Origin: Paraspadella gotoi
Taxonomy: Eukaryota; Animalia; Chaetognatha
Length of the DNA: 64,000 nt
Assembly (NCBI GenBank): GCA_051294375.1
Contig: CM119264.1
Coordinates: 1,409,923-1,473,922, forward strand
Direction of reading: 5' to 3'
This document shows, one piece after another, positions 1-13,438 of this stretch (its first letter is position 1; the number at the start of each line of letters is the position of its first letter). The translations under genes and the position numbers were made by a program. The notes under the pieces are model-generated. The model saw only the letters and a program-made list of their open reading frames with translations. It was not told the DNA's origin and did not search any database.

Positions 1-684
1 TTACAATCACAGCGATCGTAAGAGAAGCCGTACATATATTATGTACATAAAAAAAAATAAAAAAAAAAATAAAAGTAAAAAAGCAAAAAAAACAAAACAA
101 AAAAGAAAAAAAGAAAAAAAAAAAAAGGTATTGTAAATAGTCTCAAAGTTCGGTGGGTCGCATGCGGTCGCGCCGGTTCTAGCGGCTGGAAAGTAGGTAA
201 AAAAAAAGGGTAATTGGGGCATGGATTGCGTGCTGGATGGCTTAAGCCTGGTTTATGCGACGGCTACCCGTAGGCCGCGTTCTGGGTTTGGACTAGATAA
301 TGTCCGCTGACGGGTACGGTACGTCAGGTCGCGGTGTGGAGTCCTGGTTTTGGTGGATTGCGGGAAGGGTGGGCGGTGGCGGGGCGGACGATGGCGGATG
401 CCTGATGTCGAGAGCGCGTGGAGAGGTGCTTGTATCTCGGTGGCGGGCGCCGTGGTTTGCGGTATGTTGCGGTGTAGCGACTTGCGGTGGACTGTGGTGG
501 GCAGGCAGTGTTGTCGCGGTGGGCGACCTTTGCCGATCGTGGGTGGAGCGGAATGATCATGCTCGTAAAAAATATTTAAAACAAAATTAAATATTCATTT
601 GAAATATAGAAACGATGGAAATTAGGTAAATTTTAAAAAAAAAAAATCAATATACAGGATCATTTAAGGTTTGAAGAATTAGAA

Positions 685-3014
685 CACAATGAAAAATAAC
701 GTTGGCACGTTACTTTCTCGTGCTGATTTTTGTCCCTTTAATAATTGTTTCTGAGCCAAATTAATGTTGATTATTACTTTGGTACATAGCTGCTGATATA
801 CACTACTGGACATTACTGTGTTCTGGATCCATAAACCTTGACCATCAAACAAAAAAGCTAACTGAGATCAAAAAAATAGTAAAAAAGATGAAGCGATATA
901 TAGCTCGAAACGTCTACAAAAGATTTTAGACCATTGCCTTTTATAGATGCAAAAACAATATAATATTATTGTTAAACACAAAACTTTACAATAACTTAAT
1001 AGTTAACCGAGACCAAGATGAATATTTTTTACCCATTCATTTCTCCTCAATTTATACTGATCATATGTTTGTAATTAGTCAATTAATCTAAAATAACAAT
1101 ATGGACAAATTCATTTTTCAATTTTTTTTATGAATGGGAAGTTTCTCTGCTTACTCCCCTTGTGTCTAATTATCTAATATTTTTAGAGGTATTTCAAAAA
1201 CCTTATATTAATTACTAGTAGTGTTTTCACTTTTTTTCAATTTGCTTGTCAAACAAAAACAACATCTACTTAAAACATTATTAAGATTAATAAAAAAAAT
1301 TGATTGAGATGATTTTGGAAAAAAATATTTTGAACTTGAGAATAATGGATTTCGAGTGAGAAAAAAAAATTTGCAATTAAAATAATAATCAGCCTCTAGC
1401 CTTTCAATTTTTCTAGAGGCTGATTTTTTTATCTTATGTTTGTAGTATTTTGATTTTTCTATGCAAAACCATTATTCTCAATGAGCATAGTCGGAGAAAT
1501 TTTTTCCAACGAATTTTAAAAAATGTTCACTTTTTCTAATAGGCTTTTTTTGGGGAAATAAATATCAATTAATGATAGATGGGTACACCTTGAATAGTGA
1601 TATGTCTCTAAATGACAAAAAAAAATTTCTTCAAGTTTTATTCTTTAAAATTTAAGTATTGTATCAATAAAAATTAAAGTGAGAGTACTGCTAACTTTGC
1701 CAAAATTTTTGATGAGACAAAGATTTGTACTGCGTAATTTAAAAAAAGTTCTTTTTTTAAATAACTTTGAAAAAAAAGAGCTAGCAAGATGGCTGTATCA
1801 AAATTTTAAAAAGCCCTAATCATTGGGACAACCTTTCTAAAAAAGTTTTTGATTAAATTAAATCCATTGAAATCCTTTAACAGCTTTTGTTTGAATTCCA
1901 GAAGTTAAAAGTATAACAGTATTTTGCTTTAAGAATTTAATGAAGGCATGATGTAATTTTTTATTTTTCTTTTGTATTTGAAAAAGGAAAGAGCTGAATT
2001 ACATTTGTTTTATTAATTTTCTTTATTTCCATAGAAAGCTGCTGTATATTTTAAGTTAAAGTAAATACAAGGCATAAAATATGTTTTTAGCTTGATAAAT
2101 GTGCCTCATTTTAAATATGCAAAAATGATTAAATACAAAAATGTTTTCAGCTTGATAATAAACCAGTCTGCGGGACATCTACCTTCTTATTCTGTGAAAA
2201 AAAATATGGAATTTCATTATCTTTAACTGCAAACTAAAAGCTTGACACACTGCTGTTATCATATAAAGTTAAAAAAATTAGTATAACTGGGCAATATATT
2301 TGAGCAAAGCAAGAATTTCATTGTGTTGATAAGTTTTTTTTAAATATAGCAAGGAATTAATTCTATTAATTATCATCCGATTTTAATTTAAAAAAAACTA
2401 TTTATCATAATTAGCGCTCCATTAGAAGGGTTTCATTGACTGACTTTAGATGATGAATTTTTTAGATATCTTTTACTGCCCCCATTTCACAAGGATATAA
2501 AAGGTCATGGTTATCATGTCAGTGAAGTCCAAGATTATTAGTCCCTTTATGCAACCTGCATTCGAAATTTTATTTTTTTCCCTTTCAAAGTTATTAAATA
2601 AAAAAAATATTGAGAGGAACAATCGGCGCTGGGAGGATGCCATTGGTAAGCTTAGTTACCGGCCCACTTCCGATCGAATTTTTAAATGATGTTTTTCTTT
2701 TTTTCCCCCTATCTGATTGGAGACATAACACTAACTATTGCGGTACTATATTTTTTTTTATTTTTTTTCTATTTACAATCTCTAGCGAATAAATTATGAA
2801 TTAAGTAACTTTTTAAAAAAATTTATCATCTTTCACCCTATATTCGGTCTTATCTAAAAACAAAAAAAAAGATTTTGGCAATTGATATTTTGGAATTCGA
2901 TCATATTGAACTAGTACTAACGTTTAAAAAAAATAAAAAGAAATATAATAATATTGAACAGTAATTTTTTTTTGTTATGCACGGACAGTAACGTTAACGC
3001 CATTTTTCATTGTG
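685..3014. mobile_element. Non-autonomous DNA transposon with ~36-39 bp imperfect TIRs starting CACAATG (Transib/CMC-like termini)
   Basis: Left end is CACAATGAAAAATAACGTTGGCACGTTACTTTCTCGTGC; the right end reverse-complements to CACAATGAAAAATGGCGTTAACGTTACTGTCCGTGC. The element is absent from the duplicate copy (empty site ...AAGATAGAACCTTT at 8047-8060). No long ORF inside. Confidence 0.85.
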
Positions 3015-3184
3015 TCATAGAACCTTTTCCAATTTTTACGTTCCATACATTTTCAATGTTACCAATTATTTTCAATAGTTTTGAAGTATCTTTAGAATAA
3101 ATTTCTCTAAATAAATTTTATTGTCGTCTTCCAGACAGTTTGTGTGTTTTTCCATTTAACGCAATAATTGAGAGAAAGATAAAA

Positions 3185-3223
<39 letters not shown>

Positions 3224-3236
3224 GAGAGATGAGGAG

Positions 3237-3272
<36 letters not shown>

Positions 3273-3915
3273 CACTATTCATAAATGAACAAACATCAGG
3301 GCCAATGAGCTAATAAGGTTCGGCCCCAATAGGCAAAGAGCAGCGACGCCTCAGCGGCAAAAGACGAAGAGAGAAAGACGAGAAAGAAGAATCAGTGGCT
3401 TCTGCGAAACGTGTCGAGATGTTGTATATCTCTATTAGCTCTGTTGCTAAAATCTGAAAATCAGCATCTTTTTATATTACAATTAACAATTAGAATGAGG
3501 TTCAATCGTATTTACTCTTTTGATTGTAATTTATTTATAAATACATGTTATTTAAAACAATGTATATATATCTATATAACAACATTATAAACAGTACAGC
3601 AAGATTCGGAAAATCATTGGCCGTTGAGCCTCAGTGACTTTCTTTGGTGGATGTATTTCCCTATAATCACGTGGCGAGGCAAGTGTGAAACGGACACAAG
3701 AAGCATCTTGCGGGTTTATGCTTATAGGTTACGTTTTAAGCAAAACTTATTAATATTAACTTTTGAGATCAGGTGACCGACCGTACTTCTGTGTAAAACA
3801 AGTTCGAAACATATGGATCTTATTACTGATAATATCGTCATCCAAGTACTAACTTTACTAACTTACTTATTAACTTACTTACTTACTTACTAACTTAGTT
3901 ACGAAAGTTAACATA

Positions 3916-4000
3916 ATTGAATAGGAAGCTTGCAGGTTTTCTGCTATGTCATATCTTGTAAGATTGATGGAAGCCTAAAAACCAACGAAAGCCTTTCTAA
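3916..4000 (+). mobile_element. Short interspersed repeat, family A (SINE-tail-like)
   Basis: Core AAGCTTGCAG..CTGCTATGTCAT.ATCT..TAAGA..GATGGA.GCCT.AAAC recurs at 8941-9025, 13992-14110 (minus), 35999-36188 and 52526-52633. Confidence 0.65.
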
Positions 4001-4438
4001 AGTGAGGGCAAGATTATGAATTGAATTGATAGTTGAAATGTAATAATATATATATATATAGCTATTATATATATAACTTGTATCATTCGTAGAACATTCT
4101 CAAGTAGACAACTGTTACTTTGTTTATAACTCCGCTTTCTTCAAACCGCTTTCTCGCTTCGTGTCCTTTACTGTTAAAACTTAATTAAACAAAGATCATC
4201 AACTCGATTAGTTTTTCTTTTTTTCGTTTATATGTGTAGATCTCGCTAAATATAACTAAGATAACTAATATAACTATGATATTTTAAAATTATAAAAATA
4301 AATAATTCTAAAAGAAAAACTTTATTAATATACTTCAAAGCAATTAGATATATATACGTATAATATTTTTTGAAATGTATGGCTCCAAAGTAATTAATTC
4401 GCTTTGTCTTAATCTCTCTCTCTCTCTCTATATTCTGC

Positions 4439-4517
<79 letters not shown>

Positions 4518-4671
4518 TTTTTTCTCTCTCTGTCGTCAATCCTCCGATGCTTATTGGATTACAGTCCATCCGTTCCGTCCGTCAGTTCGTCCGTCCATAT
4601 CCTTTTTATTGGATCGCGCGCTATCAAAACATAGATTTCTCGGCTTATATAACCGCGGATGTGTGAGTGGA

Positions 4672-4747
<76 letters not shown>

Positions 4748-5049
4748 GCTCTCTCTCTCTTTGAGTCGGTCGTATATGCTCCAGAAGTGACATTTACCTT
4801 GCCGTTATGATTGGATTGGCATACTCCGTGTCTTTAGTGTCCTCATCGTCTGTCGTTTCATCTCGTCTTCGTCCGTTGTCTTGTCCTTTCTTGGTTCATC
4901 ATTCGTCTGTTTTCGTCGTCGTTTTCGTCGTCGATTTCGTCGTCGTCTCTCGTCGTCGTCTCCCTCGTAAAAGAGGTTGTCCTTGGTCTCATGTAAGACT
5001 CGAATATGTGTATGACATTGATAGGGTGACGGACCACGAACCACCCTAC

Positions 5050-5410
5050 AACTCACCCGTCGCATCCAAACCCGTCACACTCAAACCCACTCACATCTCG
5101 CACACTCAAACCCGTCACACTCAATAAACCCACGATCCGTCACACTCACACCCAAGCTCCATTCACACTCAAACCGCACCCCTTATGTCTGAAAACTTTC
5201 TCTAGGATCAATTTGTTCTAAATGTTCTCCCTAGGTTAGATTTTTTATAACAAAAGTCTTACCAAGATCAATTATGTTGTTAAAATCTTCTACCTGGACT
5301 AGAAAAGTTCTTGACTGGATCAATTCGCCATAAAATGTTACTCCAGTAGATCATTATTCTGTCATAAAATTATACCCGTACGAATCAATTATGTTTCTAA
5401 AATAATAATA
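5050..5410. repeat. Adjacent minisatellites: 15/21-bp CACTCAAACCC(ACATCC)GTCA and ~30-bp GATCAATTATGTT.TAAAATGTTCT
   Basis: Tandem units are directly visible; paralogous arrays at 10080-10640 and 11230-11520. Confidence 0.85.
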
Positions 5411-5729
5411 GTTAAGAGAAATATAGAGCACCATATACGGAATTGTTTCCTCGTCAACAAAATCAACTCCTTCATTTCCCAATTCGATCTCCATCCGATT
5501 TTGTTCCCTTTTCACAATCCAATTAACTCTCTCTCTCTCTCTGCTCTCTCTCTCTCTCCTCTTCTCTCTCTTCTCTCTCTCTCTCCTCTCTCTCTCCTCT
5601 CTACTTGCTCTCTCTCTCTCTTCATCGAGGACAAGCTAAAGATACCGATTTTTAAGGTAATTATATTTATGTTTTTTAATTTCTCATTCCCATGTTTGTG
5701 GTCACGAAATTTTGTTCAATATCAGGGCA

Positions 5730-6140
5730 ATTTAGATGCCAGTCACTTGTATGACACTAAGAGATACATTTTGGAGTTGACCATTCACAATGCTATTGAC
5801 AGATGCCAGTTACAGATGCTCTTCACATGATGGCTTTGATGCTTTACAGATGCCACTGAATCGCGATTGCAGTCACAGTATGCCCGATTTATAAGATGGC
5901 ATTTAAGAATGGCCACTTCCAGATGCCATCAACAGATAATTATCAGCGTGCGTCATTTACAGATGCCATTCGCAGATGCCCTGCTAAAAGATAGATACCC
6001 CTCGACTTATTGCCATTTTACACTTCTCTTCAAAGATTGCCACTTAGTAGTTCACTTGATACCATTCACAGGCACATTTACACATGACATTTAGAGATAG
6101 CCATTATTCACAGCGCAATTACAGATTACAGCCATTACCG
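5730..6140 (+). repeat. Degenerate tandem repeat built on TTACAGATGCCA
   Basis: CAGATGCC/AGATGGC recurs about 10 times; duplicate at 11860-12310. Confidence 0.7.
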
Positions 6141-7742
6141 ATTGGATCAGATCTCGTAATTGGAGAATATTCAAAGATCCACTCTCCTCTCACAATTTAC
6201 TTTCATGATTGATTCACTCAGTTCATTAGTAAGAATTTGCAGTCTTCAAAAAAGCGATACTGTTATTTTAAATTCAAATCTGTCGTAATTTTCGTCATCG
6301 TTAACTTCTTTTCATAGCTCTCTCCTCTCTCTCGTTCGTACTCGTTCGTCTTTCTCTCTTTCTCTTTTTCTCAACTCGATACTATGCCAAACATCCCCCC
6401 CTCTTTTCCGCTCCCTCACCCTTCACGTTTCTCTCCTGCTTCCTCTCCTCTTTCCCCTCCTCTCCTCCCTTCTTCTTTCCCTCCCTCCCCTCCCTCTTCT
6501 CTTCTTCCCCACCCTCGCCTCCTTACTTTCCTCGTTCAGAACAGTAAATTAGCTTTCTAGCGGACTTTCAACAATGGTCAACTCGAAAATTGGGGTCATT
6601 CGCTCGCACTCGAACCCTTTCTCCTCTTCTTCTCCTTCCTTTTCTTTTCCTCTCGTTCTCCAATCCTGTCTTTCTTCCTTCCCTCTCTTCTCTTTTTTGA
6701 GAGAGAGAGAGACTTTCGATTTCCATTAGAGCCGAAAGCAACCAAAGAGAACATAAACAAAAGAAGCGACGGAAAATTTTCTCTTTTTCTTCCTTAGTTT
6801 TTTTCACACCTTCCTTTGTTTCTTTCTTGTTTCCATCTTTGTTTTTTTTTTACGTCCATTAATTCCTTTTATTGAGGTAACACAGTATATTTCTTACATT
6901 CGTTTTTCTCGTCCAATCTCCCGAGAGGCGTGTAGACCCCTAATCCACAATTTTCTGTCCGAAGTCGTGATGAAAAAAACAGAGATTATTTTTTGCAACA
7001 AAGAATAGAGTTTTTTGTTTAATAATTGATAATTAATATTAATATTAATTAATAAAAATAATAACGACTAGAATGTTAAAAAGAATTATTTTGATTCCCC
7101 AATTTGCTTAAATTCTATGATAATATTAAAAATAATATACAGTATTGTTGTTTAATGTTCGTCCAGTCGTTCTGACAATCAGATCAAAACTGGGCACTGC
7201 TCTGGCTACAACCTTTGGCTTCTTTCCGACACCAGCACTTAGCTAGTTATAAAATCTTTACAACAACACTAGCGCAATCTATCTCCAGCATTCATCGAGT
7301 CTCTCTTTTCTTTTCTCAAGATGGCGACCTGATTTCCTTCTTTCCTTCTTTCCTTTTTTCTCCTTTCCTTCTTTCTTTTTTTCTCCTTTCCTTCTTTCCT
7401 TTTTTTTCTCCTTTCCTTCTTTCCTTTTTTTTATCCTTTCCTTCTTTCCTTTTCTTTCTCCTTTCCTTCTTTCCTTTTTTTTCTCCTTTCCTTCTTTCCT
7501 TTTCTTTCTCCTTTCCTTCTGTCTTTTTTTCTCCTTTCCTTCTTTCCTTTTTTTCTCCTTTCCTTGTTTCCTTTTTTCTTCTTTCCTTCTTTCCTTTTTT
7601 TCTCCTTTCCTTCTTTCCTCCTTTCTTCTCCATTTTCGGCGAAAGAGTAAATAAAAGGAATTCGAAATCTCATTCTTTGTTTACTGCATCAAGATTAGGA
7701 AATCAAAGGTCTGGAGGAAGAAAGAGGTAGAGAGCGAGAGCT

Positions 7743-7836
<94 letters not shown>

Positions 7837-7888
7837 ATAGAGATTGATTTGATTTGATTTATTCTGCTCATTATGTCAATAAAACACA

Positions 7889-8217
7889 TTTACAATCACA
7901 GGATCGTAAGAGAGCCGTACATGAATATTATGTACATAAAAGTATGTAAAAAATATAAAACAAAAATTAAAAATTCATTGAATATAGAAACGAGGAAATG
8001 GTAAATTTAAAAAAAAAAAATTCAATATACAGATCATCTTAAGTTTAAGATAGAACCTTTTCCATTTTTTACGTTCCATACATTTTCAATGTTACCAATT
8101 ATTTTCAATAGTTTTGAAGTATCTTTAGAATAAATTTCTCTAAATTAAATTTTATTGTCGTCTTCCAGACAGTTTGTGTTTTTTCCATTTAACGCAATAA
8201 TTGAGAGAAAGATAAAA

Positions 8218-8298
<81 letters not shown>

Positions 8299-9074
8299 AC
8301 TATTCATAAATGAACAAACATCAGGCCAATGAGCTAATAAGGTTCGGCCCCAATAGGCAAAGAGACAGCGACGCCTCCAGCGGCAAAAGACGAAGAGAGA
8401 AAGACGAGAAAGAAGAATCAGTGGCTTCTGCGAAACGTGTCGAATGTTGTATATCTCTATTAGCTCTGTTGCTAAAATCTGAAAATCAGCATCTTTTTAT
8501 ATTAACAATTAACAATTAGAATGAGGTTTCAATCGTATTTACTCTTTTGATTGTATTTATTTATAAATACATGTTATTTAAACAATGTATTATATATCTA
8601 TATAACAACATTATAAACAGTACAGCAAGATTCGGAAATTTCAAGGCGTTGAGCCTCAGTGACTTTCTTTGGTGGATGTATTTCCCTATAATCACGTGGC
8701 GAGGCAAGTGTGAAACAGGACCACAAGAAGCATCTTCGGGTTTATTGCTTATAGGTTACGTTTTAAGCAAAACTTATTAATATTAACTTTGAGATCAGGT
8801 GACCGACCGTACTTCTGTGTAAACAAGTTCGAAACATATGGATCTTATTACTGATAATATCTGTCATCCAAGTACTAACTTACTAACTTACTTATTAACT
8901 TACTTACTTACTTACTAACTTAGTTACGAAAGTTAACATAATTGAATAGGAAGCTTGCAGGTTTTCTGCTATGTCATATCTTGTAAGATTGATGGAAGCC
9001 TAAAAACCAACGAAGCCTTTCTAAAGTGAGGGGCAAGATTGAATGAATTGAATTGAATGAATTAATAGCTTATG

Positions 9075-9124
<50 letters not shown>

Positions 9125-9495
9125 CTTGTATCAATTTCGTAAGAATTCTCAAGTAGACAACTGTTACTTTGTTTATAACTCCGCTTTCTTCAAACGCTTT
9201 CTCGCTCTCGTGTCCTTTACTGTAAAACTTAATTAAACAAAAGATCATCAACTCGATTAGTTTTTCTTTTTTTCGTTTATATGTGAGATCTCGCTAAATA
9301 TAACTAAGATAACTAATATAACTATGATATTAAAATTATAAAAATAAATAATTCTAAAAGAAAAACTTTATTAATATACTTCAAAGCAATTAGATATATA
9401 TACGTATAATATTTTTTGAAATGTATGGCTCCTAAAGGTAATGTTATTTCGCGTTTGTCTATATCTCTCTCTCTCTCTCTCTCTATTCCTCTCTC

Positions 9496-9534
<39 letters not shown>

Positions 9535-9716
9535 CTCTCTCTCTCTCTTCTCTCTCTCTCTTTCCTTTTTCTCTCTCTGTCGTCAATCCTTCCGATGCTT
9601 ATTGGATTACAGTCCATCCGTCGTCCGTCAGTTCGTCCGTCCATATCCTTTTTATGGATCGCGCGCTATCAAAACATAGATTTCTCGGCTTAATAACGCG
9701 GATGGTGAGTGGAAAG

Positions 9717-9786
<70 letters not shown>

Positions 9787-12700
9787 TCTCTCTCTCTTTG
9801 AGTCGTAATGCCAGAAGTTGACATTTCCTTGCCGGTATGATGGATGGCAACTCCTGTTTTAGTCGTCTTCGTCATCGTCGTCGTTTCATCGTCGTCTTCG
9901 TCCGTTGTCGTGTCCTTTCTTGGTCATCTTCGTCGTTTCTCGTCGTTTCGTCGTCGATTTCGTCGTCGTCTTCGTCGTTGTCGTCTTCCTCGAAAAAGGG
10001 TTTGTCTCTGGTCAGTAAGACGAAATTGTTATGACATTGATAGAGAGTGACGGCCCACGGCACCCACAACTCCATCCACAACCGTCACACTCAAACCCAC
10101 ATCCGGTCACACTCAAACCCGTCACACTCAAAAACAATCTGTCACACTCAAACCCGTCACCACTCCGCCACACCGCAACTCACACAGTCACCTCAACCCA
10201 CCTACTAACCAGACATCAAAAACAATCGTCACACTCAACCCGTCCACTAAACCCACATTCCGTCACACCTCAAAACCGACACAATCAAAGCCACATCCTC
10301 ACACTCAAACCCGATCCAGCAATCAACCCGACATCCGTCTACTCAACGACCGTCCACACTTCAAAAACAATCTGTCACACCAAACCCGTCACACTCAAAC
10401 CCACATCCGTCACACTCAACCCGTCCACACTCAAACCCACCGTCACACTCAAACCCGTCACAAATCAAACCCTACATCCGTCTTACTGCAAAACCCGTCA
10501 GCACTCAAAAAACACGATCTGTCACACTCAAACCCGTCACACTCAAACCCACATCCGTCACACTCAAACCCGTCACACTCCAAAACCCACAATCCGTCAC
10601 ACTCACACCGCACAGTCATTCACACTTCAAACCCACCCCATTAATTGTCTGAAAAGTTTTCGTCTTTAGTTACTAACTCCTGTAATAACTGACGAATCTA
10701 CTTAGTCTAATATATTAATAGAGGATTGAGTATTTCACTATATATATTAAATAAGTAAAACAATAGAAATAAAAACGGGAGAGAAATACAAATTGTTACT
10801 CGGCCCAAAATCACGACTGAAAATTACAAGCGATTCGAAACCAAAAAGATTTTTGTTTAACAATTCGGCGAAGGTTATTTGTAAACTACGATCCGAGAGT
10901 TTTGTAATAATACTTTAATATTCTGGAACCGCCATGTCTTCTTCNNNNNNNNNNNNNNNNNNNNNNNNNTTCGTCGTCGATTTCGTCGTCGTCTTCGTCG
11001 TTGTCGTCTTCCCTCGATAAAAGGGTTTGTCTCTGGGTCAGTGAAGACGAAATTGTTATGACATTGATAGAGAGTGACGGCCCACGGCACCCACAACTCC
11101 ATNNNNNNNNNNNNNNNNNNNNNNNNNNNNNNNNNNNNNNNNNNNNNNNNNNNNNNNNNNNNTGACGGATGTGGTGTTGAGTGTGACGGTTGTGGATCGG
11201 ATTGTGGTGCCGTGGGCCGTCACTCTCTATCAACTCAAACCCGTCACACTCAAACCCACATCCGTCACACTCACACCCACATCCATCACACTCAAACCCA
11301 CCCCATTATGTCTGAAAATGTTCTTCTAGGATCAATTATGTTCTAAAATGTTCTCCCTAGTTAGATTTTTTTATAAAAAGTTCTACCAAGATCAATTATG
11401 TTGTAAAATCTTCTACCTGGATCTAAAAAGTTCTGACTCGATCAATTCTGCCATAAAATGTTCTCCGAAGATCAATTCTGTCATAAAAATTTACCCCTAG
11501 ATCAATTTATGTTCTAATGTAATAATAGTAAGAAGATTTAATAGAGACACAATTGAACGGAATTGTTTTCTCGTCAAAATCAGATCCCTGTCATTTCCCA
11601 ATTCGACTCCCATCGATTTGTGTTCTCCCCTTTTCACAATACCAATTAACCTCTCTCTCTCTCTCTCTACTCTCTCTACGTCTCCATCTTGTCTCTCAGT
11701 CATCTCTCCGTCTCTCTCTCGTCTCTGCTTCTCAATCGAGAGCAGAGGCTAAAAGGATAGTCGATTTTTAAAGGGAATATTCTATTATTTTTAATTATTA
11801 TGTCTCCATAGTTTCCCAGTGTTTGGTCCACGAAATTTATCGTCCAATATTCAGGGCATTTAGATGCCAGTGCAGCGGCAGTGAGCACGTAAGAGATGAC
11901 TATTTAGGAGTTACCATTTCACAGATGGCTATTAAACAGATGCCAGTTACAGTGCTGCTCTTCACATGCCTTTGGATGCTAGATTACCAGATGACCACTA
12001 GACCGATTGCGAGTCACATATGCCATTATAAACAGATCGCATTTAAAAGTCCACTTCCAGATGCCGATATCACAGATGAAATTAGTACAGCCGGGCGGTC
12101 ACTGTGCATTTACAGGATGCCATTCCGCAGATGCCATCTGAACTACGATAGATACCCTTTCACTTATGGCACTTCTACAACTTCTCTCTTCAAAGATGCC
12201 AACTGATGTACGTTTGCACTGCATACCATTCACAGCGCACAATGTTACCAATGCTACGTTTAGAGATGGCCATTCAGCGCCGACCAACTTACAGATTACA
12301 GGCCATTCTACGCGCATTGGATTCAGGCAATCTTAAAGTTGGAGACAACTTTTCAAAGCAAAAGATCACTTCTCTCTCACAAATTATCTTTTACATTTGA
12401 TGCAGCATTCACTCACACGTTCATGTAAAAGCAGTCCTCAAAAAACTGCGACTTTAATTTTAAATTCAATTTCAGTACCTTGGTATAATTTTAAACCTAT
12501 CGTCATACTTTCTCTCTGCTCTCCTCTCTCTCTCTCCTCGTCCTCTCGTCATCTCTCTCTCTCTCTCTACTTCTCTCTGCTCTATCGCTCTTTGTTCGTT
12601 CAAACCTCATGCCAACATCCCTCCCCTCCTTTTCTTCCCTCCTCCTCGCCGCGCTCCTCCTGCTCTTGTCACTCTAACTCCTTCGTCATCCTACACGATT

Positions 12701-12900
12701 CCGTCACCTCCCTTCCATTCGCCACATCAACCTCTGTCTCTCCATCTACCGTCTCTCCGTCTCACCTTCCACTCCTATAGCTTACCCTCGACACGCTTCC
12801 CTCCCTTTTCTCCTTCAGAACAGTAAATTAGCTTCTAGCGACTTTCAACAATTCAACTCGAAAATTGGTTCGCCCGCACTCGAACCCTTTCTCCTCTTCT
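7889..12900 (+). repeat. Copy B of the large direct duplication (lacks the 685-3014 element; longer minisatellite; contains gaps)
   Basis: Colinear with 1-6660; N gaps at 10945-10969 and 11103-11162. Confidence 0.9.
8321..8478 (-). CDS. Candidate terminal exon of an unidentified gene (hydrophobic C-terminal tail); noisier copy at ~3296-3453
   Basis: Minus-strand acceptor TTTTCAG is followed by an open frame (D)FSNRANRDIQHSTRFAEATDSSFSSFSLRLLPLEASLSLCLLGPNLISSLA-stop. No homology recognised and no upstream exon found. Confidence 0.25.
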
Positions 12901-13379
12901 TTCCTTCCTTTTCTTCCTCTCTTCTCGTGCCATACTCCTTGTCCAACTCTGTCTCTTCCTTTACTTCCTTTCCTCTCTTCTTCTTTTTTTCTCTCATCTT
13001 TTACTCCTTTCCTTTCCTCCCTTTCCTTTTTCTCTTCCTCCACTCTTTTCTTTCTCTCCATTCTTTTCCTCCTTTGCTTTGGTTCCTTTTCTTCCTCCTT
13101 TTCTTTCTTGACTTTCCTTTCCTCTCTTCTTATTACTTTTCTTTCTCTGCAATATTTTCCCCTTTCCTTTCCTCCCTTTCGCTTTCCTCCCCATTTCCTT
13201 CCTTTTCTCCCGGCGGTGCCCTCCCTAACTCATTCCTCTCCCTCCTTACCTCGCCCTTTCCTTTCCCTTCCTCGTTGCCTCTGACTCACTCTTCAAACAA
13301 CGGCTCATTTGCGCCAGTTCTCTCTCTCTCACTCTCACAGACATAAATTTCACAATTCTGCTCTCTCTCTCTCTCTCTA

Positions 13380-13438
<59 letters not shown>

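Larger units (their letters stand above)
1..6660 (+). repeat. Copy A of a large direct duplication (partner ~7889-12900)
   Basis: 1-50 matches 7889-7940 (TACAATCACAG.GATCGTAAGAG..GCCGTAC); 570-680 matches 7960-8050; 3018-6620 matches 8051-12890 in the same order, with many 1-bp indels. Confidence 0.9.

Noticed and set aside
130-565. GC-rich stretch with overlapping ORFs (300-590, 324-560, 350-556)
   Set aside because: Absent from the duplicate copy at ~7945, G/T-skewed, no motifs or terminal repeats; resembles low-quality read sequence.
685-730. Full V(D)J-type RSS (heptamer + 12/23 spacer + nonamer)
   Set aside because: Only the heptamer-like CACAATG is present; A-rich tracts are not at 12/23 spacing or are in the wrong orientation, and no RAG-like ORF is seen.
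10031-10669. 212-aa Thr/His/Pro-rich mucin-like ORF
   Set aside because: Derived from the 15/21-bp CACTCAAACCCGTCA minisatellite; frame not preserved in the paralogous arrays.
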